Below, piece after piece: positions 30,417-37,110 of a stretch of DNA of 64,000 nt. The translations under genes were made by a program, and so were the position numbers. How positions within the stretch are numbered: position 1 is the stretch's first letter; each line of letters opens with the position of its first letter. The DNA lies in the IMG/VR virus record IMGVR_UViG_3300025030_000041, positions 124,001 through 188,000 of that record; one strand, given 5' to 3'. A model generated the notes under the pieces. That model was not told the DNA's origin, did not search any database, and was given only the letters and a program-made list of their open reading frames with translations.

Positions 30417-32066
30417 ATGGAAGTCATATCTAAAAAACTCATAATAGATAAATTAAATTCTTATAAATTTAAAGTTAAAGAATTTCAAGTAGATATTATT
30501 TATGAAATACTAGACTCATTTTTAAATGGATATACTAATGTTATATTGAATGCTCCAACTGGTGTAGGAAAAAGTGTAATTGGATTTATTGTAGCGGATA
30601 TACTAGGAGATATTGAGAAAGAAAAATTAAAATCAATAATATTAATACAAAATAATTCATTAGTCGATCAATATAAAGATATGTTTCAATATTTTTCAAA
30701 TACTGAAATTATAAAAGGTGCCGATAATTATGAATGTGAAATTTTAAATAAAAGTGCAAAGTACTGTATTTATAATATATTAAAAGAACAAAAAAGTAAA
30801 GGTAAATTATATAATTGTTATAACTGTAAATTTAAGAAGTCAAGACAAAAAATAAATGAAATACCTCATCTTATAACAAATTATCAATATTTTTTCATAT
30901 CGCGACTATATTCAGACCATTTAGAAAAACGATTAATTACAATATATGATGAGTGCCATGAAATTAATGACGCTTTTTCTAATAGTTATACAATATATAT
31001 TTCTGAGCAATTACTAAATGAATATTTAAAAGAATTACAAAGTGAAGACCCTAATATTCTAAGTAGAGCTTTAAATATATTTAATTTTGTATCAATATTA
31101 GATAAAGATTATCGTAAAACCTTAAATTTTTTATTTGAAGCATATTCGTTATTAGAAAAATATTTTCATGATAAAGCATTAGAAAGAGTTTTGAAAAATG
31201 ATTATAAAGGGTACTATAAATATAAATCTAAAGAAATAAAATATAAAGGGCTAGGTTGTAAAATTGATGATTTATTAAAATATAACTACACTCACACTGT
31301 AGATATTAATAATGTAACTAACGAGCTAACTATAAAACCTGTATTTATAAATGATTTGTTTAGTAGTATTACTTTTTCAAAATTTAATCTATTCATGAGC
31401 GCAACAATTCATCAAGATTTTATAATTAAAACTTTAAATTTAGATAAAAATGCTATAAAATTCATAGGAGCAGACTCTCCATTTAAAAAAGAAAATAAAA
31501 AAGTTATATTTTTAAATTCACATACTTTAAATTATAAGAATACTAAAGACTCGGGTGTTATACAAAAAATATCAGATATATGTAATTTAATAATTGAAAA
31601 AAAACATAAAAACGAAAAAGGTATTATCTTAACACCATCTTTTTATTTAACAAATGAAATATTTAATAATTTTATAAAATTAAATTCAATTAAAGTATTT
31701 AAACATGAAAGTGGACAAATCCTAAATTTAATCATAAATGATTTTAAGTTATATAATGGTCCAGCTTTACTAATATCTCCATCTCTATTTATAGGAATAG
31801 ACTTACCAAACGATTTTTCAAGATTTCAAATAATGATAAAGGCACCATTTCATTCTTTAGGAGATTCGCGTATGTCATATATATTAAAAAATTACCCTGA
31901 TATTTATAATATAATTACAATGTTTAAAATTATACAAGGATTTGGAAGAAGCACTAGAAATGAACATGACTACTCGACTACATACTGCCTAGATACTAAT
32001 ATCAAACGGCTATTTAATATCGCCCCACTGGAAATACAAAATCAATTTGATATAATAAATGTATAA
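30417..32066 (+). CDS. DinG/XPD-family SF2 helicase
   Basis: APTGVGKS Walker A, YDECH Walker B, MSATI motif III, GIDLP and IQGFGRSTR motif VI; Cys residues at the Fe-S position. Confidence 0.85.
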   Translation: MEVISKKLIIDKLNSYKFKVKEFQVDIIYEILDSFLNGYTNVILNAPTGVGKSVIGFIVADILGDIEKEKLKSIILIQNNSLVDQYKDMFQYFSNTEIIKGADNYECEILNKSAKYCIYNILKEQKSKGKLYNCYNCKFKKSRQKINEIPHLITNYQYFFISRLYSDHLEKRLITIYDECHEINDAFSNSYTIYISEQLLNEYLKELQSEDPNILSRALNIFNFVSILDKDYRKTLNFLFEAYSLLEKYFHDKALERVLKNDYKGYYKYKSKEIKYKGLGCKIDDLLKYNYTHTVDINNVTNELTIKPVFINDLFSSITFSKFNLFMSATIHQDFIIKTLNLDKNAIKFIGADSPFKKENKKVIFLNSHTLNYKNTKDSGVIQKISDICNLIIEKKHKNEKGIILTPSFYLTNEIFNNFIKLNSIKVFKHESGQILNLIINDFKLYNGPALLISPSLFIGIDLPNDFSRFQIMIKAPFHSLGDSRMSYILKNYPDIYNIITMFKIIQGFGRSTRNEHDYSTTYCLDTNIKRLFNIAPLEIQNQFDIINV

Positions 32067-32094
32067 AAATAAACGATTGATTATCAATTAATTA

Positions 32095-32169
32095 TATTTA
32101 GTTCAAAAATAAAGTACTTAAAAATTTTAATATATCAAACTTATTTCTTATTTTTGTATTAAATATAAC
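32095..32169 (+). promoter_or_regulatory. gene-less promoter module, copy 1 (upstream GTTA deleted)
   Basis: near-identical to 35873-35950 and 56282-56359; TATTTTTG at 32149 fits the Bacteroidota -7 box TAnnTTTG. Confidence 0.65.
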
Positions 32170-32263
32170 GGTTACAGCCTTATTTAGTGTGGGCAAAATT
32201 TTTGTTTTCTTTTTTCTCCTCACAGTTCGTAGTAATGTTGATACGAAGCACGGTTATTGCATG

Positions 32264-32471
32264 TAACGTTTTCGGGCTTGGAGATAGTTTTTAATGCGAT
32301 TTAAACAACAGAAATATGTTAGAAAAGATACAGAAAAAAGTAGAAGACCTTAGAATAAAGGTATATGCTGGACAGAACAACGAAGACACAGAAAAATACT
32401 TATATGACATTGAGCAAATGATATTCAAAGCGATGGACGAAGCATTAAAGATTTCTTCCAAGCCAGTGTTA
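32264..32471 (+). repeat. attC-like hairpin H1 (208 bp, contains start of ORF 32316)
   Basis: TAAC gttttcg GGCTTGGA ... TCCAAGCC agt GTTA. Confidence 0.75.
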
Positions 32472-32564
32472 GCAGATAGTTGCCAACATAATTGGCTGAA
32501 ATCTCATTCAAGGCATATGCTCTATTGTGGGAGCTGCGGTAAATATAAACCCGAAGGCTCTTAG
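32316..32564 (+). CDS. cassette protein crossing the GTTA junction, CxxxW...CxxC C-terminus
   Basis: junction at KPV|LADS; Zn-ribbon-like CQHNW..CGSCG. Confidence 0.65.
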   Translation: MLEKIQKKVEDLRIKVYAGQNNEDTEKYLYDIEQMIFKAMDEALKISSKPVLADSCQHNWLKSHSRHMLYCGSCGKYKPEGS

Positions 32565-32578
32565 TTGGCAATTTCTGC

Positions 32579-32658
32579 TAACGTTTTGCAGATAAGCGAA
32601 GGCACAAATAGCTTTGGCTTTGTGGGGTGGGATTTGGGCTTTTGCTTATGTGCTGTTA
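32579..32658 (+). repeat. attC-like hairpin H2 (80 bp)
   Basis: TAAC gttttgc AGATAAGCGAAGGC ... GCTTTTGCTTATGT gct GTTA. Confidence 0.85.
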
Positions 32659-32733
32659 TGTGTCTGTAAAATTTTTAATAATTATTTTTTGCGTGGGAAT
32701 TAATCAATTTAATCATTTAATAAAAACAACAAA

Positions 32734-33264
32734 ATGGAAACTTTAAACAAATTATTTACCGAACAAGATGTAGAAAATGTATCAGAAAAAATACTTTCAT
32801 CAACTAAACAAAAAATCAAAGACCAAATTGCTGATACCTTTTACGAAGAAATGTCAGATTGTTTGTTTGAACATTACAACAATTTCAAAGACGGAATGAA
32901 AGCCGATTTGCTAAAGGAAATTACAGACCAATATGTAAGCGACCCTGTAAATTATCAATTTAGAGAATTTAGAAATAAGCTATTTGCAGAGAACAAAGAT
33001 GTAATTCTAAAATCATTGACCGACCAAGCAATTTTTGAAACAGTTGAGAGTATCATTTTAGAATATACTCATAAACAACAAACTTTTGGATGGATGTGGA
33101 ATGAGGCTATCGCAAAAATTGTATTAGCAAATTGGGGTAAATTCAAAGATGATGAAAGAATACAAATGTCATTTGGTAGAGAAATTGATAATTTGAAAGG
33201 ACAAATACAAAGACTGCAAGAACGACTAAATGAAGTTTCATCAATAGTAGACGAAAATCATTAA
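32734..33264 (+). CDS. cassette hypothetical protein (helical, C-terminal coiled coil)
   Basis: 176-aa ORF inside module 32655-33315. Confidence 0.7.
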   Translation: METLNKLFTEQDVENVSEKILSSTKQKIKDQIADTFYEEMSDCLFEHYNNFKDGMKADLLKEITDQYVSDPVNYQFREFRNKLFAENKDVILKSLTDQAIFETVESIILEYTHKQQTFGWMWNEAIAKIVLANWGKFKDDERIQMSFGREIDNLKGQIQRLQERLNEVSSIVDENH

Positions 33265-33311
33265 ATCATTTGTGCGGTGGGAAAAATAATTATTAAAAAT
33301 TTTATTGCACA

Positions 33312-33401
33312 TAACGGTTGGGGGTTTGCGATAGTGCCGCTTACCACAAATTCCAATTTCAGCACTAAACTTCATAGCGGCATTTTGCAAACCCTGTGTT
33401 A
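33312..33401 (+). repeat. attC-like hairpin H3 (90 bp)
   Basis: TAAC ggttgg GGGTTTGCGATAGTGCCGCT ... AGCGGCATTTTGCAAACCC tgt GTTA. Confidence 0.85.
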
Positions 33402-33448
33402 TATGAAGTTTTATTTTTTGAAGGGCGGGCAACAAACAAATTATTAAA

Positions 33449-33718
33449 ATGGAAAAATTAACATCAATCAGATTGCAGCCAATGATTAACATCAATAAAC
33501 CCAATATGGATTTGTGGTGTCCGACATTAAATTTTGGAAGAAAGAAAGCAGGTAAATTCAAATTTCCAATAGTATTTAAAAGTATTAAACCTGCTGAAAA
33601 ACTTTACGATGAACTCCAAAATTTAATTGGCAAATCATTGGACGAAGTGAAAGCTGCATCTGAACCGCTTTATGATAAATACAAGAAGTACGATTATCGG
33701 GTGGGTGGTAAAAAATAA
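33449..33718 (+). CDS. cassette hypothetical protein
   Basis: 89-aa ORF in module 33398-33731. Confidence 0.65.
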   Translation: MEKLTSIRLQPMININKPNMDLWCPTLNFGRKKAGKFKFPIVFKSIKPAEKLYDELQNLIGKSLDEVKAASEPLYDKYKKYDYRVGGKK

Positions 33719-33727
33719 AATTTCCTA

Positions 33728-33841
33728 TAACGGTTTGGTATAAACGCAGTGTTTAACTAAACTTAATTTGAAATACAAAACTTAAAATTATGATAAAGAC
33801 ATTGATTGAAAAACTGGAAACATTACGTTTATACTTTGTTA
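33728..33841 (+). repeat. attC-like hairpin H4 (114 bp, contains start of ORF 33790)
   Basis: TAAC ggtttg GTATAAACGCAGTGTTT ... AAACATTACGTTTATAC ttt GTTA. Confidence 0.85.
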
Positions 33842-33996
33842 GTAAACGCTGTTTTAAAGTAACTTATAAAAGTAAATTGAATGGTAATATAGGAACAATT
33901 GGATATTATGGTAAATCAATTGATGGTGTTAAGAAAAAGTTTCAAAAAGAATTTGAAAATTCAATTATTTTAGACGTTTCTTACAATGTTTACTAA
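33790..33996 (+). CDS. cassette protein crossing the GTTA junction
   Basis: LRLYFV|SKR; stop codon is the TAA of the next TAAC. Confidence 0.65.
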   Translation: MIKTLIEKLETLRLYFVSKRCFKVTYKSKLNGNIGTIGYYGKSIDGVKKKFQKEFENSIILDVSYNVY

Positions 33997-34365
33997 CGTT
34001 ATCGGGCTTGGCGAAGGGCGATTATTAACCGAGAATGTTACTACGAAGAACTAAACAAAAATTTAATAAATAAAAAAAGCGATGGAAATAGATGTAAAAA
34101 AACTGATGCCAGAAGTAACAGATAATCATTTTGAAACGATAGACTTGTTACTTAAAGCAAACCAAGAAATAATTGAAGCATTACATATTATGCAATCCAG
34201 CATTGACAATTGGGATGATGCAGAATGTATGCAAATCAATAAAGACAGAATGATAAAATACTTTAATAGATTTAGTAAGGAGGTGTAGGCTTTTTATTTA
34301 TTAAATTTTTGAACCGAAATGATAATACGAAGCGATAAACTAAGCCTTTTGCCAAGCCTGTGTTA
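33994..34365 (+). repeat. attC-like hairpin H5 (372 bp, encloses ORF 34082-34288)
   Basis: TAAC gttatcg GGCTTGGCGAAGGGC ... GCCTTTTGCCAAGCC tgt GTTA. Confidence 0.8.
34082..34288 (+). CDS. hypothetical protein inside hairpin loop
   Basis: 68-aa ORF with A-rich leader. Confidence 0.6.
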   Translation: MEIDVKKLMPEVTDNHFETIDLLLKANQEIIEALHIMQSSIDNWDDAECMQINKDRMIKYFNRFSKEV

Positions 34366-34404
34366 TAAGGCGAAGCGAACCGTTGGCTTTTCGCCAATGG
34401 CTTA

Positions 34405-34533
34405 TAACGGTTTGCAGGTTTATTCAGTTGCGACTTTAAAAACGAAAAATTATGATAACAGAAAAACAATACTTAAAAGCGAAAAAGTTAATTGCAGACT
34501 ACGAAAGCCAGCAATTGAATAAACATGTTGTTA
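34405..34533 (+). repeat. attC-like hairpin H6 (129 bp, contains start of ORF 34452)
   Basis: TAAC ggtttgc AGGTTTATTCAGTTGC ... GCAATTGAATAAACAT gtt GTTA. Confidence 0.85.
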
Positions 34534-34622
34534 TAAGCAGTAAGCCGACCTCAAAAAAGAAGAAGGTGATTATAGATGCAGATAAATTTTCAAAGATGTG
34601 TGATGTTATTAAACGGATATAG
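34452..34622 (+). CDS. 56-aa cassette protein crossing the GTTA junction (not in ORF track)
   Basis: own translation MITEKQYLKAKKLIADYESQQLNKHVV|ISSKPTSKKKKVIIDADKFSKMCDVIKRI. Confidence 0.6.
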   Translation: MITEKQYLKAKKLIADYESQQLNKHVVISSKPTSKKKKVIIDADKFSKMCDVIKRI

Positions 34623-34634
34623 GCTTATTGCTGC

Positions 34635-34758
34635 TAACGGCTACAAACATGCTTAGTGCCTAATTAAATAGTAATTAACAATCAAAATAGTAGAATTATG
34701 AAAATAGCAAAAATGTTCAAAACTGCACTACAACAGGCATTAAGTATGTTTGTTGTTA
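34635..34758 (+). repeat. attC-like hairpin H7 (124 bp, contains start of ORF 34698)
   Basis: TAAC ggctac AAACATGCTTAGTGCCT ... AGGCATTAAGTATGTTT gtt GTTA. Confidence 0.85.
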
Positions 34759-34958
34759 GCAACCATGTTTACTGGGTTTTCCGTAAATTCAAACGACTTG
34801 AAACAATGGAAACTGCACCTGAAACATGGTTAATTGATGTGGATTTTGCAATCCATTTTGTAGAGCCATTTAAAAGTTATAAAGAGGCAAAGAAAGCAGT
34901 TGACTTTGCAAAACATTTACAACCTTGGCAAGAGTTTGTCATCTTACATGGTTGCTAA
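34698..34958 (+). CDS. cassette protein crossing the GTTA junction
   Basis: ALSMFVV|SNH; stop codon is the TAA of the next TAAT core. Confidence 0.65.
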   Translation: MKIAKMFKTALQQALSMFVVSNHVYWVFRKFKRLETMETAPETWLIDVDFAIHFVEPFKSYKEAKKAVDFAKHLQPWQEFVILHGC

Positions 34959-35045
34959 TGGTTGAGTGTATGAGTAGTGTGGCTTTGCACATACTTTCAA
35001 CTTACAGATAAACTTATTTAGCCACATTACTTATACACTTTGTTA
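34956..35045 (+). repeat. attC-like hairpin H8 (90 bp, TAAT core)
   Basis: TAAT ggttga GTGTATGAGTAGTGTGGCT ... AGCCACATTACTTATACAC ttt GTTA. Confidence 0.85.
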
Positions 35046-35067
35046 TAGGTATGTAAAATTTACGGAT

Positions 35068-35292
35068 ATGAAATTTATAAAAAAACAATTACTTAGAAGT
35101 ATAAACTTTGTTAAACGCTATTGGGAATTTATCGTTGTAGAATTTGCCGAAGATTTGGATTTAACTTGGTTTGGTAAATGGTTTTTAAGAACAATGATGT
35201 TTGGTTTATTTATGTGTTATATTCCAATAGTAATTGTTTTTATGCCACTATGGTTAATTATATTCAAATACGATGAAAGTTTAGGAATGTAG
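35068..35292 (+). CDS. cassette membrane protein (one TM)
   Basis: hydrophobic MMFGLFMCYIPIVIVFMPLWLIIF. Confidence 0.6.
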   Translation: MKFIKKQLLRSINFVKRYWEFIVVEFAEDLDLTWFGKWFLRTMMFGLFMCYIPIVIVFMPLWLIIFKYDESLGM

Positions 35293-35312
35293 GTAGTAAA
35301 TTTTATTACCTA

Positions 35313-35400
35313 TAACATTTAGGTGTATGAGAAGGTTTGCTTAGATGAACTTTCAAATTACCGACAATACTTATAGCAAACTTTCTTATACACCTTGTTA
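35313..35400 (+). repeat. attC-like hairpin H9 (88 bp; second copy at 55317)
   Basis: TAAC atttag GTGTATGAGAAGGTTTGCT ... AGCAAACTTTCTTATACAC ctt GTTA. Confidence 0.85.
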
Positions 35401-35460
35401 TAACCAGTACGATAAAATTAGTAGAAACTTAAATTGAAACATAAATAAAATTTTTTAAAT

Positions 35461-35781
35461 ATGAACGAATACAAATTAAAATTATTGGATTACATCTCAA
35501 AAAATTATGAGAATGTGGTAAAATCAGCACAAGGTGGTGAATATATTGAAATAGATTTAATACCAAACAGCCACGATGGATTACACGATTTACCCGAAAT
35601 TTTGGAATGTTGTGAAAAAAACGGAATTGATGTATATATGTTTTTACGTAGTTATCCAATGGATATTGGTGATGGTATTAGAATGGGAAGATATATGTAT
35701 TATATGCAAAAAACCACCAAGGCAATACTGGATGATTTAAAAAATTTTAACACAGAAACTCAAAACGAAGAACAAAAGTAA
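35461..35781 (+). CDS. cassette hypothetical protein
   Basis: 106-aa ORF in module 35397-35794. Confidence 0.65.
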   Translation: MNEYKLKLLDYISKNYENVVKSAQGGEYIEIDLIPNSHDGLHDLPEILECCEKNGIDVYMFLRSYPMDIGDGIRMGRYMYYMQKTTKAILDDLKNFNTETQNEEQK

Positions 35782-35790
35782 TATTGGTTA

Positions 35791-35876
35791 TAACGTTCTG
35801 TAAATATGATTAGTTGAAGAGTACTGTCATTTATAATTTAGTAGATTGATTATCAATTAATTATATTTACTTGTTA
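35791..35876 (+). repeat. attC-like hairpin H10 (86 bp; copies at 56199 and partial at 32075)
   Basis: TAAC gttct GTAAATATGATTAGTTGA ... TCAATTAATTATATTTAC tt GTTA. Confidence 0.85.
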
Positions 35877-35950
35877 TATTTAGTTCAAAAATAAAGTACT
35901 AAACGTGTTAATATATCAAAAATATTTCTTATTTTTGTATTAAATATAAC
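35873..35950 (+). promoter_or_regulatory. gene-less promoter module, copy 2
   Basis: GTTATATTTAGTTCAAAAATAA...TTATTTTTGTATTAAATATAAC; TAnnTTTG at 35930. Confidence 0.7.
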
Positions 35951-36070
35951 GGTTGAGAATATAAGTAGTAACCGATTTGAAACAAAAATGTTAAATTAAC
36001 GTATAATGATATTAAAAGGTAGTAACTTAAATAAACCACATAACTCGGTTATTACTTATATTCTTTGTTA
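35947..36070 (+). repeat. attC-like hairpin H11 (124 bp)
   Basis: TAAC ggttga GAATATAAGTAGTAACCGA ... TCGGTTATTACTTATATTC ttt GTTA. Confidence 0.85.
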
Positions 36071-36097
36071 TGTGTATGTAAAAATAAATTTATACCA

Positions 36098-36373
36098 ATG
36101 AAAAAAGAAATTAAAATAGGTGACAAGACGTTTGAATTTGAGAGTCCAAACATCTTAGATAAATCAACAACAGATATGATGAATGACTGGTGTAGATTAG
36201 TAGAACAACAAAAGAGTGATGAAGATGTTTGGACGGTGATACCTGAACTACCAGAATACAAATTCAAAAATCTTAAAATAGAGAGTAGTCCGTTTGAAAC
36301 AACAGAAGAAACTACTGAAATGACAGTAACTTTTAAGTATGATGATTTTGAATTTGATGATAAAAACTCATAA
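36098..36373 (+). CDS. cassette acidic hypothetical protein
   Basis: ATG at 36098 in module 36067-36395. Confidence 0.65.
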   Translation: MKKEIKIGDKTFEFESPNILDKSTTDMMNDWCRLVEQQKSDEDVWTVIPELPEYKFKNLKIESSPFETTEETTEMTVTFKYDDFEFDDKNS

Positions 36374-36391
36374 ATTTATTTTTATTACACA

Positions 36392-36474
36392 TAACGGTTG
36401 AGGGTTTATGCAGTTAAATTTTTACCAATAAAAAATAGAAATGAAAAAATTTTATTGCATTAAACCCTGTGTTA
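36392..36474 (+). repeat. attC-like hairpin H12 (83 bp)
   Basis: TAAC ggttga GGGTTTATGCAGTTAAATTTTT ... AAAAATTTTATTGCATTAAACCC tgt GTTA. Confidence 0.85.
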
Positions 36475-36552
36475 GCCGTCTGTATTTTTTAAACATTATT
36501 TTTTTAGGGAGGCATTTAATTAATCAATTTAATCATTAATAAAAACAAAAAA

Positions 36553-37110
36553 ATGGAACAAGTAAAAAAAGCATACGAAGAAATATTCAAAGCGTTAAAG
36601 AAACACAAGGACATTTGCGTTTTTGATGTAGAAGATTTGGAAAGAAAATCAAAAGTTCATCTTTTCGGGCTTACATTAAAAGAGGAATATGGCTTAAACA
36701 TAGACCCGAAGCAAGTTCAGGCGGTAAACTATTTTAAACCATCAGACCATACTTGGATTGGATGGTATGGCGAAAAGCATAATCGAACAATAAGCTGGAG
36801 CGTTGATGGCAGACAGCCCGAAGATGAACTTTTATTGCAAATCGGATTTCCAACAGGGGCTTATATTTTTGGCGAAGATTATGCAACCGATTTCTTTCAA
36901 AAGTTTTGGTTGGAATTGAAAACATACAAGCCCGATTATATTGATGAAGCGAACTGTTGCTTGTATTGGAACATCAAAAACGCAAAAGAGATTTTCAATT
37001 CATATAACGCTTTGCTAAAAAAATATTACGAACTAAATAAAGAGGATGCGAAACAAAGACTAATTGATAAAATGAAAAAGGAATTGGAGCAGTTAGAAAA
37101 ATCATCTTAA
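36553..37110 (+). CDS. cassette hypothetical protein
   Basis: 185-aa ORF in module 36471-37159; ISWSVDGRQP, FPTGAYIFG motifs. Confidence 0.7.
   Translation: MEQVKKAYEEIFKALKKHKDICVFDVEDLERKSKVHLFGLTLKEEYGLNIDPKQVQAVNYFKPSDHTWIGWYGEKHNRTISWSVDGRQPEDELLLQIGFPTGAYIFGEDYATDFFQKFWLELKTYKPDYIDEANCCLYWNIKNAKEIFNSYNALLKKYYELNKEDAKQRLIDKMKKELEQLEKSS

Noticed and set aside
33241-36925. Minus-strand and alternative-frame ORFs in the array (33241, 34272, 34319, 35429, 36052, 36734)
   Set aside because: They are shadows of + strand genes or read across hairpins, with no independent start context.
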